DNA of 64,000 nucleotides from Eubacteriales bacterium. GTDB lineage: Bacteria > Bacillota > Clostridia > Oscillospirales > CAG-272. Both the position numbers and the translations under genes were made by a program. Below the pieces are notes generated by a model, which worked only from the letters and a program-made list of their open reading frames with translations, was not told the origin of the DNA and made no database searches. Positions 53,731 through 63,302 of the stretch are shown here, piece after piece (the stretch's first letter is position 1; every line of letters starts with the position of its first letter). The stretch covers positions 952 to 64,951 of the forward strand of contig JAZTYY010000078.1 in NCBI GenBank assembly GCA_045637205.1, given 5' to 3'.

Positions 53731-55506
53731 ATGAAAAACACCATCAAATTACTTACTTTATTGCTCTTGCTTGTAATGCTTTTGCAATCAACAGTGCTCC
53801 CTGCACTTGCGTTAACTCCCCTCGACGCTTCTGTCGATTATTACGCAGCTGCAGCTCAGCCATCTAAATATTCAAGCCAATACAACTCAGGTCAGCGTGA
53901 CGTTGTAGCAACAACCCTCAACGGCACAAGCGCTGATTCCTATTACTCAGGAAACTATGAATATGACGTGCTTTCAGAAAAGAGCGCTACTGAAATCAAG
54001 AATGCTCTTGCAACTCTTATGAAGAGCACACATTCTCGCACATCCTCTTATGATGATTGTCACTACAAAGCAAATCGTACTGACTGTGAAAATGAGGACG
54101 GCAGAGTTTCTCTTATCTACACAAGCTACTCCGCTACCATGAATCAGTGGAATGGTTGGAACCGTGAACACGTTTGGCCTAAATCACTTGGTGGAGATAC
54201 AACAACTGGCGGTGGTGCTGACTTGCATCATATTCGTCCCTCCGACGCAAGTGTAAATAGCAGCCGTGGTAACAAAAAATACGGAAATGCTCCTAGTGGC
54301 ACAGCAAAATACGGTTCAAACCCCGCAAGTGGTGTACTTGGCGGACATTATAACAGCACATACTTTGAACCCCTTGACAACGTTAAAGGTGACGTTGCAA
54401 GAATCTGTCTTTACGTTTACGTAAGATGGGGCTCTTCTTGGGGTGCAACTGATATTACTAAGGTATTCCAAAGCGTTGACGTTCTTCTTGAATGGTGCGA
54501 GCTCGACCCAGTAGATACTTGGGAGCTCGGTAGAAACGAAGTAGTTCAGGATATTCAGGGTAACAGAAACATTTTCATTGACTATCCCGAATATGCATGG
54601 CTCATTTTTGGTCGTGAGGTTCCTGCCGATATGACTACTCCCTCAGGTGAAGCTCAGTCTAATTCTCACCATTGGAACAATGGCACTATCACAACTCAAG
54701 CTACATGTACAACAGCAGGCGTTAAGACATACACTTGCACAGACAGTGGCTGTGGAGAAACAAAAACTGAAACAATAGCTGCTCTTGGCCACTCATACGG
54801 CACAGCTTCTATCACAACAAATGCAACATGTACAACATCCGGTGTGAAAACGTATACTTGCTCACGTTGTGGAACAACAAAAACCGAAACAATTAAGGCT
54901 ACAGGTCACTCATACGGAGATTGGATTATCGACGTTGAAGCAACTGAAACCTCCACAGGCTCAAAGCACAGAATTTGTGCAACCTGTAATTACAACGACA
55001 CAGCTACAATTCCGATTGTAGGACATGAGCATCAGTACACCAACGCAGTGACTCCTCCCACATGTGAGGACGAAGGATTTACAACTCATACTTGTCGTTG
55101 TGGTGATAGTTATATAGACAATTATAAGGATAAGCTTGACCACTCATATAGCAACGGTACTTGCTCAAGATGTGGTAAAGTTGACCCCTCTCTTCCCACT
55201 TTCACAACCGATGATTTCTCAAATATTGTAACAAAGCTTCTTTCAGGTGTTTACACAGGAAGGGACAAGTATATCAAGATTTGCGAAGCAATCAATATAT
55301 ACAACACTCTCACAGATTCTCAGAAATCTTCTGTAAGTGGCAAATACAACACACTTAAAACAATCGTTTCACAATACAATAATGAAGTTGAGGCAGTAAA
55401 TGAAGAAGCAGATGCAGTTGGATATCACTACGTTGTAGTAGACGTTGTTTCAGCAGACGAGCTTTGCTTTGCTATCTATTCTCTTCTTAACAAAAAGTAT
55501 CTTTGA
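53731..55506 (+). CDS. secreted endonuclease I-family nuclease with C-terminal Cys-rich repeat modules
   Basis: Signal peptide MKNTIKLLTLLLLLVMLLQ. NREHVWPKSLGG...DLHHIRPSD.SVNSSRGN (Endonuclease_1 motifs). Three TCTT.GVKTYTC..CG.TKTE modules. Confidence 0.8.
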   Translation: MKNTIKLLTLLLLLVMLLQSTVLPALALTPLDASVDYYAAAAQPSKYSSQYNSGQRDVVATTLNGTSADSYYSGNYEYDVLSEKSATEIKNALATLMKSTHSRTSSYDDCHYKANRTDCENEDGRVSLIYTSYSATMNQWNGWNREHVWPKSLGGDTTTGGGADLHHIRPSDASVNSSRGNKKYGNAPSGTAKYGSNPASGVLGGHYNSTYFEPLDNVKGDVARICLYVYVRWGSSWGATDITKVFQSVDVLLEWCELDPVDTWELGRNEVVQDIQGNRNIFIDYPEYAWLIFGREVPADMTTPSGEAQSNSHHWNNGTITTQATCTTAGVKTYTCTDSGCGETKTETIAALGHSYGTASITTNATCTTSGVKTYTCSRCGTTKTETIKATGHSYGDWIIDVEATETSTGSKHRICATCNYNDTATIPIVGHEHQYTNAVTPPTCEDEGFTTHTCRCGDSYIDNYKDKLDHSYSNGTCSRCGKVDPSLPTFTTDDFSNIVTKLLSGVYTGRDKYIKICEAINIYNTLTDSQKSSVSGKYNTLKTIVSQYNNEVEAVNEEADAVGYHYVVVDVVSADELCFAIYSLLNKKYL

Positions 55507-55519
55507 TTAGGAGGTTATT

Positions 55520-56107
55520 ATGAAAAGAATTTTAATAGTAGTACTTTTATTAATATCAATCGTCATTTGCCTCCCTTCATGCTTTGATGATAACACAAAC
55601 AATACACCTACAATTGAAGAAAACGTAGATTTTGCATCATACAATTCAATGTTTGAAAAAGAATTTACTGATTACACAATTGAGGTTTCCATAATCGGAA
55701 CAAACAACGAAGTAATTAACGAAACATATAACGTTTCTCTTGAAAACGGTGTTAGAGTAGTTACATATCGCATTGAACGTCTTAATCAATTTACTATTGA
55801 AGGTGATCAAATATCCATCCCCGAAGGTTACATTTCTATTGAAGAAGGTACTTACACCGAAAATACTGAAAGATTTAACGTTCCGAAATTCAACTTTTCT
55901 TACACATGTCTTGGTACATCCGACGTAACATTGCCTACCTCATATTCATCCAGCATAACAAACATTGCAAGTTTCATGGGCTCAAGCCTTAGTGTTACTG
56001 ATGCTTCTGTTAAGCTTGAATTTAAAGGCAGCTCAGCACAAGCAATTTCAATTTCATATGTTACTGAATCGGAAAACACAGTTAGTATCAAATACATTTT
56101 CAACTAA
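55520..56107 (+). CDS. hypothetical lipoprotein
   Basis: MKRILIVVLLLISIVICLPSC has a lipobox. AGGAGG RBS. 13 nt after the nuclease stop. Confidence 0.7.
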   Translation: MKRILIVVLLLISIVICLPSCFDDNTNNTPTIEENVDFASYNSMFEKEFTDYTIEVSIIGTNNEVINETYNVSLENGVRVVTYRIERLNQFTIEGDQISIPEGYISIEEGTYTENTERFNVPKFNFSYTCLGTSDVTLPTSYSSSITNIASFMGSSLSVTDASVKLEFKGSSAQAISISYVTESENTVSIKYIFN

Positions 56108-56114
56108 TAAACTA

Positions 56115-56146
56115 AAAAACAGGAGCAATTTTGCTCCTGTTTTTTA
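56115..56146 (+). terminator. hairpin AAAAAA-CAGGAGCA-ATTT-TGCTCCTG-TTTTTT
   Basis: Perfect 8-bp stem followed by T6. Confidence 0.75.
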
Positions 56147-56157
56147 TACTTATGTGC

Positions 56158-56186
56158 TTGAAAATATCCTTTATTTATGGTATAAT
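56158..56186 (+). promoter_or_regulatory. consensus promoter TTGAAA-17-TATAAT (TG-extended)
   Basis: TTGAAAATATCCTTTATTTATGGTATAAT, 28 nt upstream of the GTPase ATG. Confidence 0.65.
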
Positions 56187-56213
56187 AACAAAAAATTAGG
56201 AAAGGAGAAAAAT

Positions 56214-58802
56214 ATGAAAAAGAAGTTGACTATTGGTATTTTGGCACACGTTGACGCAGGCAAAACTACTCTTTCAGAGGCTTTGCTTTATATTTCAGGC
56301 AAGATAAGAACGCTTGGCAGAGTTGACCACAAAAACACCTTTCTTGACACAAATGACGTTGAACGTGAGCGTGGTATAACTATCTTTTCAAAGCAGGCTC
56401 GTTTTAGTAGCGAGAACTGTGATTTTATTCTCCTTGACACACCCGGGCACGTGGACTTTTCAGCTGAAACTGAGCGTGTTCTTTCCCTTTTGGATTATGC
56501 AATTTTAGTTATAAGTGCCGCGGACGGTGTGCAAAACCACACTCGAACACTTTGGAATTTGCTTGAATTTTATAACGTTCCCACATTTATTTTCGTTAAC
56601 AAAAGTGACATTGCAATAAAAACCAAGGACGAGCTTGAAGCCGAGATTTCTTCAACCCTTTCACCTAATTGCGTTGCGTTTTTTGACACTCAATCAAAGC
56701 ATGAGCTTGACGAAAAATTGGCACTTGTTAACGAAGCTTTTTTAGAGGATTTTCTTTCCGAAGAGCCCATTGATGAGGGTGCGATTGCAACTCTTATTTC
56801 AGATAGGGCTTTATTCCCCATTGTATTCGGATCTGCCCTTAGAATGCACGGCATTGATTTTTTACTTGAAACCATCGACAAATATTCACTTTCACCCCTT
56901 TATGAGAGTGAAAAATTCGGTGCGAAGGTATATAAAATTTCACGCGTTGGAAACACTCGTCTTTCATATATGAAGGTTACAAGTGGCTCACTTGCTGCCC
57001 GTGATGAGATTTCATATTTGAGTGCTGATGGCAAGAAGATTTGCGAAAAAATTAGTCAAATCCGTCTTTACTCAGGTGACAAATTTGAGCAAGTAGATTC
57101 GGTTTTTGCAGGTGAAATTTGTGCAATTATCGGGCTTTCTTCAACCTTTGCAGGACAAGGGCTCGGCATTGAAAGTGACACTTGTAAGCCCGTGCTTGAG
57201 CCTGTATTATCATATAGAATAATTTTACCCGAGGGATGCGACCAAAACCTTTATTTTCCCAAACTCAAAGAACTTGAGGAGGAAGAGCCTTCCCTTCATC
57301 TTTACTGGAACGAGGAGCTTTCGCAAATTGAGGCGCGCCTTATGGGTGAGATTCAAATTGATCTTATCAAACGACTTATTTTCGATAGATTCAATATTGA
57401 ATGCGAGTTTGGTGCAGGCAATATTTTGTACAAGGAAAAAATCAAATCAAGGGCCATAGGTATTGGACATTTTGAGCCGCTTCGTCACTATGCTGAGGTG
57501 CAGCTCTTACTCGAGCCGCAACCGAAAGGCACGGGCTTGATTTTCGATAGCAAAATTCCCGAAAATATGCTTGCAACTAACTGGCAACGCCTCATTTTAT
57601 CCCATTTGTATGAGAAAAATCACCGTGGTGTACTTACGGGTGCATTGCTTACCGATACGAAGATTACTATCGTTGCAGGCAAATCACATCTCAAGCATAC
57701 CGAGGGTGGAGATTTTAGAGAAGCAACCTTGCGTGCAGTGCGTCATGGGCTTATGGTGGGTGGTTGCACTTTGCTTGAACCATATTACAAGTTTAGACTT
57801 GAAATTCCCTCCTCTTTGGTGGGACGTGCAATGAACGATTTGCAAATGCGCTCGGCTGAATTTGAGGTTGAAAGCACAACCGAAGATTTCACAAATATCG
57901 TAGGTAGAGCACCTGTTGCCACACTTCACGATTACATTAGTGAGGTTATTTCCTACACTCGCGGACTTGGTCGTCTTTCTTGTGTAAGTGACGGCTATGA
58001 CGAGTGCCACAATCAAGATGAAATTGTTGCTAAAACGGGTTACGACCCCGAAAGTGACATGGAGAATTCTCCCCATTCCGTTTTTTGCGCCCACGGTGCA
58101 GGATTTGTTGTAAATTGGAGAGAGGTTGAACAGTACAAGCATCTTGAAGCAGGTATTTCCCTCTCCCAAAATGCTGTAACCGTTATTCCAAGAGTAGCTT
58201 CCCTTGCCAAGAATTTCTCACTTTCAGATGAGGAAGTTGAGGCAATTATGATGCGCACCTTCGGTCCTATAAGACGAAAGAAATACAGTGAGCCAAAGGT
58301 CATTTCAGCAGGCAAGTCAAGGCCCAGCAAAAAAGCTCAAATCAAGCAAGAAAGTATGATAATCATTGATGGTTATAACCTTATCTATGCGTGGGATTCT
58401 TTGAAGGAAATATCGGATTATTCACTTGAAAAAGCACGAGAAACCTTGATGGACATTTTATCAAATTACGTTGCATTTACAAAGGAAAATTTGGTATTGG
58501 TTTTTGATGCCTACTTAGTTAAAGAGGGTGTTGGCTCGGAGTTTGAGCACGACGGCTACAAGGTGGTTTTCACTAAGGAAAATCAAACGGCAGATGCCTA
58601 CATTGAACGTATGATGCACGAGCTTGGTCCTAACTACAGAATTAGAGTTGTCACGGGTGACCGCCTTGTTCAGTTTGCCGCTGTGCATTCGGGAATTTCG
58701 CGAATGACAGTTAAGGAGTTCATTGATGAGCTTATCACAGTTGGCAATGAAATTACTGATTTTGTAAAAAAACTAACCGAAAACCAAGAATATATAAAAT
58801 AA
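56214..58802 (+). CDS. translational GTPase (EF-G/TetM-like, five-domain) fused to a C-terminal Rae1/YacP-type NYN ribonuclease domain
   Basis: ILAHVDAGKTTL (G1), DTPGH (G3), NKSD (G4), plus TetM-like domains II-V. C-terminal MIIIDGYNLIYAW...LVFDAYLVK....VVFTKENQTADAYIE...VVTGDRLVQ is collinear with B. subtilis Rae1. AAAGGAG RBS at ATG 56214. Confidence 0.8.
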   Translation: MKKKLTIGILAHVDAGKTTLSEALLYISGKIRTLGRVDHKNTFLDTNDVERERGITIFSKQARFSSENCDFILLDTPGHVDFSAETERVLSLLDYAILVISAADGVQNHTRTLWNLLEFYNVPTFIFVNKSDIAIKTKDELEAEISSTLSPNCVAFFDTQSKHELDEKLALVNEAFLEDFLSEEPIDEGAIATLISDRALFPIVFGSALRMHGIDFLLETIDKYSLSPLYESEKFGAKVYKISRVGNTRLSYMKVTSGSLAARDEISYLSADGKKICEKISQIRLYSGDKFEQVDSVFAGEICAIIGLSSTFAGQGLGIESDTCKPVLEPVLSYRIILPEGCDQNLYFPKLKELEEEEPSLHLYWNEELSQIEARLMGEIQIDLIKRLIFDRFNIECEFGAGNILYKEKIKSRAIGIGHFEPLRHYAEVQLLLEPQPKGTGLIFDSKIPENMLATNWQRLILSHLYEKNHRGVLTGALLTDTKITIVAGKSHLKHTEGGDFREATLRAVRHGLMVGGCTLLEPYYKFRLEIPSSLVGRAMNDLQMRSAEFEVESTTEDFTNIVGRAPVATLHDYISEVISYTRGLGRLSCVSDGYDECHNQDEIVAKTGYDPESDMENSPHSVFCAHGAGFVVNWREVEQYKHLEAGISLSQNAVTVIPRVASLAKNFSLSDEEVEAIMMRTFGPIRRKKYSEPKVISAGKSRPSKKAQIKQESMIIIDGYNLIYAWDSLKEISDYSLEKARETLMDILSNYVAFTKENLVLVFDAYLVKEGVGSEFEHDGYKVVFTKENQTADAYIERMMHELGPNYRIRVVTGDRLVQFAAVHSGISRMTVKEFIDELITVGNEITDFVKKLTENQEYIK

Positions 58803-58830
58803 ACCTGCGGAAAAATCCGCAGGTTTTTTA
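58803..58830. terminator. hairpin ACCTGCGG-AAAAAT-CCGCAGGT-TTTTT between convergent genes
   Basis: Perfect 8-bp stem followed by a T-run. Confidence 0.7.
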
Positions 58831-59511
58831 TCGTTTATATGTTTTTAGTAAAGCTTTTTTATCCTCACTTACGCGATAGCTTTCAAGTGCTTTTTGAATT
58901 GCTTTATTATGTGTCCATTTATCTTCTATAGTGTGGTTTTCGATGAATGGCAGGGTCTCATCGTATTGCTTTGCTAATGCAGTTGCAAAATACCACGCGA
59001 CCATCATTTTAAGATAATAATCTTCTCCTTGGGTTTTTGAAACAAGTTCAAGATATTCGGTTTTAAAATCATCGCCAAGATAATGTACCATAAGCATTTC
59101 AATGCCAAATCTTTGTGTGTAAATATGCTCACTTTTAAGCCACTTTTTAATGTAAATTAAAGCTTTTTCTTTGTTTTTTACAAAGGACTTTGGACGAAGT
59201 GAATCACACACTGACCAATTATCAATATATGGTAACAGCTTTTCAATTTCTTCTATGAAAATATCAAAATCTTTTATCTCTGAGAGAATATAAGAATGAA
59301 GATGATATTCCTCAAAATATGTGTGAGGTAGAATATTGATAAATTCAATATATTCACCACTTTTATATAACTCTTTGGCAAGCTTTTTAATACCAGGTAA
59401 TCTTACGCCAATCATATTTTCTTTTGACACATTTGGAATAAGCGGAGATGTAAAATCGCGATATTTTAAATCCTGCATTTCTATAAGCTTTTGAGTAATA
59501 TCCATAGCCAC
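58828..59511 (-). CDS. DNA alkylation repair protein (AlkD-like HEAT-repeat family)
   Basis: Y.DF.S.LIPN......IGVR.P.IKKLAKE...DNWSVCDSL matches the family pattern. Confidence 0.7.
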   Translation of the reverse strand: MAMDITQKLIEMQDLKYRDFTSPLIPNVSKENMIGVRLPGIKKLAKELYKSGEYIEFINILPHTYFEEYHLHSYILSEIKDFDIFIEEIEKLLPYIDNWSVCDSLRPKSFVKNKEKALIYIKKWLKSEHIYTQRFGIEMLMVHYLGDDFKTEYLELVSKTQGEDYYLKMMVAWYFATALAKQYDETLPFIENHTIEDKWTHNKAIQKALESYRVSEDKKALLKTYKR

Positions 59512-59514
59512 TCC

Positions 59515-60042
59515 TTAAATATCTCTAACTAATCTTTTTAGCGCCTGGCTAACGGGATAGATCAATAATCCCACGGCAAAGTTGCCTATCATATGCACAA
59601 TATCAAAGGTCAATCCTGCGGCAATCCAAGTTAAAGTTTGTTCAAAGGTAAATCCAAACATCAGCGCTTGAACAGGTGCATATAAAGCACCGAAAAACAG
59701 ACCGTGCAATGCACAAATTATGGGGTAAACTACAAGTGCAACTACCTTTGGCATATTCTTTGGCAAAAGCATTGTTATTCCCCAAAGAATTGTCCAAATG
59801 TAAAGATAAGGCACCCACCACGAATTAAAGCCCGCAAAAAGTCCGTTAAGCAATACGTAAACATAAATTGGTATCAATGCTTTTTTTCTAAAAACTATTG
59901 TGTAAGTCACCGTCAACATTCCAAGTAGGTGGATATTGGGTAACGCTTCCATTACTATTTTAGAAACAAACATTAACGCGCCAAGTATCGCAAAAAGACA
60001 TATTTCAGTAATTGAAAGATTCCTTTTGTTTCTTTTTGACAT
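59515..60042 (-). CDS. ECF-transporter S-component-like membrane protein (cobalamin-type by context)
   Basis: 175 aa with 5-6 TM segments. Lies 2 nt downstream of a DUF4430 lipoprotein gene. Confidence 0.5.
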   Translation of the reverse strand: MSKRNKRNLSITEICLFAILGALMFVSKIVMEALPNIHLLGMLTVTYTIVFRKKALIPIYVYVLLNGLFAGFNSWWVPYLYIWTILWGITMLLPKNMPKVVALVVYPIICALHGLFFGALYAPVQALMFGFTFEQTLTWIAAGLTFDIVHMIGNFAVGLLIYPVSQALKRLVRDI

Positions 60043-60044
60043 AA

Positions 60045-60509
60045 TTATTTAGTACGAACGAAAGAATATGTATATCCTTCTGTTACGTTGGTAGCATCAA
60101 CACCATTTGCATACTCGCCGTTCTCATAGAACGCCCAGTAGGTTTGGTCGATATCCCAATCTGCAAGCATTCCATTTACTGTTTTAACGTAAAGTCCGTA
60201 TTGGCTATCTTCACCTTCAATAAGACCAAGAGCAAGAAGTGCAGCACCAACAGTTGTTTCATTTGTATGAATGGTAAATGTGATGGCATACCCATCTGCA
60301 TCAACCTTGAACATAAAGGTTTTTGCGCCTTCACCAAGCTCTGTGTCCATTGTGTACTTAGCAGTATTCCAAAAAGCAGGAACTTTAGATTCTTCACTTG
60401 GAACGAAGGTTGTTGTGGTTGTTTGTTTAATCAAATCGCAAGAGCAGAGTGATATCATCATTACGATGATTAAAACGAGGGATAATTTTGTAATAATTTT
60501 GGTTTTCAT
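60045..60509 (-). CDS. DUF4430 (transcobalamin-like) lipoprotein
   Basis: Lipobox ISLCSC. C-terminal Y..TVNG...D.....YW.FYENGEYA..G.....V.EG.TY.F is the DUF4430 signature. Confidence 0.65.
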   Translation of the reverse strand: MKTKIITKLSLVLIIVMMISLCSCDLIKQTTTTTFVPSEESKVPAFWNTAKYTMDTELGEGAKTFMFKVDADGYAITFTIHTNETTVGAALLALGLIEGEDSQYGLYVKTVNGMLADWDIDQTYWAFYENGEYANGVDATNVTEGYTYSFVRTK

Positions 60510-60544
60510 TTTTGTTTCTTCCTTTCTTTTTCAAAAGGATAAAA

Positions 60545-60775
60545 TAAAAGCGCCCTTTCCCAAGAAAAGCGCGCGAAAACAAGAGTACCCTGCCGTACCC
60601 ATTTTTTACACCGTCTTCCCTATTTGCCCGAAAGTCCTTTTACGTGTCACAGAACGATAAGCATTCCGACTTATTATCTAATGATAAAATACGGTAATGG
60701 CTGTTGCTACGGATTCACACCGTGATTTCCTTATCCCCGAATAACGCCGTCTAGCAGCGCACCCGACTAAATGAA
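60545..60775 (-). promoter_or_regulatory. riboswitch-like 5' leader with its own terminator (weak cobalamin-riboswitch resemblance)
   Basis: Minus strand contains AGGAAATCACGGTGTGAATCCGTAGCAACAGCC...ACCGTA, a second GGGAAGACGGTG, and then the hairpin GCGCGCTTTTC-TTGG-GAAAGGGCGC followed by TTTTATTTT, about 35 nt before the start codon. Confidence 0.4.
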
Positions 60776-60872
60776 CTGTGTTTATTCTTTTGTCGATACA
60801 TAATAACACATTTCTACACGTTTTTCAATAGCAAAAAAGAAAAATCCCTGCATTTTTGCAGGGATTTATTCA

Positions 60873-63302
60873 TTATTTAGGCAATTTAACGCATTTTTCG
60901 CCCTTAATCAATCTAAATATTGCCTTAAATGGCTTATTATTTGCAAGATCGACAAGTGCCCATGCCATATTGTGTGAAAGCATTCCTTCACTTGCATAGG
61001 ACATTGAGCGCAAGCTCATAGTCTTCATAATCTGCCAACCAAAGTATGCATTCTTAACCTTTGTCTCTTTATCGGGAGTTTCCTTACTGTTAGATTCAAG
61101 TGTGTATATTGTCTTAAATGCAAACATTATGAGATTATATATGAATTTGCCACCCCAAGTTTTGTATTCTCTAATGGGGGTATTCAAATCATAAGGTCTT
61201 TTAACCTCGGGTTCATCAATCTTTCTACCGATAAGGTTATCAAATTGGAAATCCTGCATATTCAAAAACTTTTCCTTAGAAACGTTATAAAGCTTTGTAT
61301 ATGCGGCATTTTCTTTGATTTCTTCTCCCTCTTCAACAGTAACGTTTGATGAAAGAAGCACTGTATTAACGTCGGAGCAAACACAGAACTTATATTCACC
61401 GTTTTCAAGAGACCATTTACCGTCAATATAGTATCTTAAGTCATTAACGGGAACGTTAACACATACTGTTTTTGTTTCACCTGCCTCAAGCTGAACCTTT
61501 TCAAAGCCACGAAGCTCGCGAAGGGGCTTAACCACATTGGTTTTGGGCGCTTCAACAAAAATTTCAACAACCGCTGAACCATTTACGTCACCTGTATTCT
61601 TAACGTCAACGTAAACGTTAATCTCACCGTTTTCTTTTTCAACTCTCATATTGCTATATGAGAAGCTGGTATATGAAAGTCCATAGCCAAAGGGATATTT
61701 TACAGGAACACCGAAGCTTGAATAATATCTATATCCAACAAAGATGCTCTCTTTATATCTATCGTTAGTTGTTGCTGTAAATTCATCATGGAAAGGTACA
61801 TCCTCGTATTTTACAGGCCATGTTTCACAAAGACGACCTGAAGGACAAGCCTTACCGAAAAGAAGCTCGTATGCTGCTTCTCCACCCTCTTCACCGGGAA
61901 GATACATATTCAAAACGGCATCAACGTTAGCTTCAAATGACATATCCATAGGGCTTCCACCGAACATTACGAATATAACCTTTTTATTGAGCTTTGCAAT
62001 CCTCTTCAAAAGATTAAGCTGATTTTGAGGAAGTGACAGTGTTTGTCTATCAAAGCCCTCACTTTCAGCATATTCGGAAAGTCCACCGAAGAAAATAACT
62101 GTATCAGTTCTTTCAACTCTAAGCATTGCCTGCTCAATTAAAGCAAGATCATCCTCAAAAGAGTTGAGCTTATATCCCATTTCGTATGTGTAGCTTACTT
62201 TATTATCATCAAATGCCTGCTTGGGTGTGGTAAGCTTATATGGACGAAGAAGTGATGAGCCTGCGCCCTGATAACGCATCTTTTCGAACATCTCACCAAT
62301 AACAAGATATTTTCTTCCCTCTTCCAAGGGCAAAATATTATCCTTGTTCTTAAGCAAAACTGCACTGTCAACTGCAATTTCCTTAGCAAGCTCAGCATGC
62401 TCATTAAATTTAGCAGGAACTTCACCTTCAACTAAGCTTGTATTATAAATCATATTGAGAACGCGTCTTACTGCTTGGTCAACAACATCAATTGAAAGTG
62501 TGCCGTTGTTAACTGCATCTACTATTACCTGACGGTTATGTCCAATATCTCCAGGCATTTCAAGGTCAAGACCTGCCTTAAGACCTTCAACTCTATCATT
62601 TACTGCACCCCAGTCGGACATAACAAGACCCTCAAAGCCCCAATCGTCACGAAGAACTCCGTTAAGAAGCTCCGGATTTTCAGATGCATACTTTCCGTTA
62701 ACCTTATTATAAGCACACATAACCGTTTGAGGCTTACCCTCTTTAATTATAGGCTCAAATGCTTTAAGATATATTTCACGGTAAGCGCGCTCATCAACAA
62801 TTGAATCACCAAAATAACGGTTCTTTTCATTATTATTACAAGCATAGTGCTTAACACTTGTGCCAACGCCCATGTCCTCAATTCCTCGAGTAAGGCGCGC
62901 ACCAAGCTTACCTGCAATGTGGGGATCCTCACTAAAGTATTCAAAGTTTCTTCCGCAAAGAGGATTTCTTTTAATATTTACAGCGGGACCAAGAATGAGA
63001 TTTACGTTATAATGACGGCACTCCTCACCCATCGCAACACCCATTTTATAAAGAAGCTCTTTATTCCATGAGGTGCCCGTTGTACAAGCAGCAGGAAAAC
63101 ATGTTGAAAGCTCAGTCTGACCAAGACCTGCAACCTTATCCCCTTCCTTTTTCTTTCTAAGACCGTGTGGGCCGTCAGTCAAAAAGATGGAGGGCAATCC
63201 AACTCTTGTAACCTTATTAGTGTGCCAAGATTTATGCCCAGAAAGAAGGCAAACCTTTTCTTCCAATGTCAAATTGTTCATGATTTCGTTAACGTTAATC
63301 AT
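60873..63302 (-). CDS. glycoside hydrolase family 3 beta-glucosidase-like enzyme
   Basis: LTDGPHGLRK, GLVMSDWGA (nucleophile Asp), and C-terminal Fn3-like and additional domains. Confidence 0.85.
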   Translation of the reverse strand: MINVNEIMNNLTLEEKVCLLSGHKSWHTNKVTRVGLPSIFLTDGPHGLRKKKEGDKVAGLGQTELSTCFPAACTTGTSWNKELLYKMGVAMGEECRHYNVNLILGPAVNIKRNPLCGRNFEYFSEDPHIAGKLGARLTRGIEDMGVGTSVKHYACNNNEKNRYFGDSIVDERAYREIYLKAFEPIIKEGKPQTVMCAYNKVNGKYASENPELLNGVLRDDWGFEGLVMSDWGAVNDRVEGLKAGLDLEMPGDIGHNRQVIVDAVNNGTLSIDVVDQAVRRVLNMIYNTSLVEGEVPAKFNEHAELAKEIAVDSAVLLKNKDNILPLEEGRKYLVIGEMFEKMRYQGAGSSLLRPYKLTTPKQAFDDNKVSYTYEMGYKLNSFEDDLALIEQAMLRVERTDTVIFFGGLSEYAESEGFDRQTLSLPQNQLNLLKRIAKLNKKVIFVMFGGSPMDMSFEANVDAVLNMYLPGEEGGEAAYELLFGKACPSGRLCETWPVKYEDVPFHDEFTATTNDRYKESIFVGYRYYSSFGVPVKYPFGYGLSYTSFSYSNMRVEKENGEINVYVDVKNTGDVNGSAVVEIFVEAPKTNVVKPLRELRGFEKVQLEAGETKTVCVNVPVNDLRYYIDGKWSLENGEYKFCVCSDVNTVLLSSNVTVEEGEEIKENAAYTKLYNVSKEKFLNMQDFQFDNLIGRKIDEPEVKRPYDLNTPIREYKTWGGKFIYNLIMFAFKTIYTLESNSKETPDKETKVKNAYFGWQIMKTMSLRSMSYASEGMLSHNMAWALVDLANNKPFKAIFRLIKGEKCVKLPK

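Noticed and set aside
55965-56213. An 83-aa N-terminal extension of the GTPase ORF given in the track (start 55965)
   Set aside because: The extension overlaps the preceding lipoprotein gene, its terminator (56115-56146) and a consensus promoter (56158-56186). ATG 56214 has an AAAGGAG RBS and begins the conserved G1 region.
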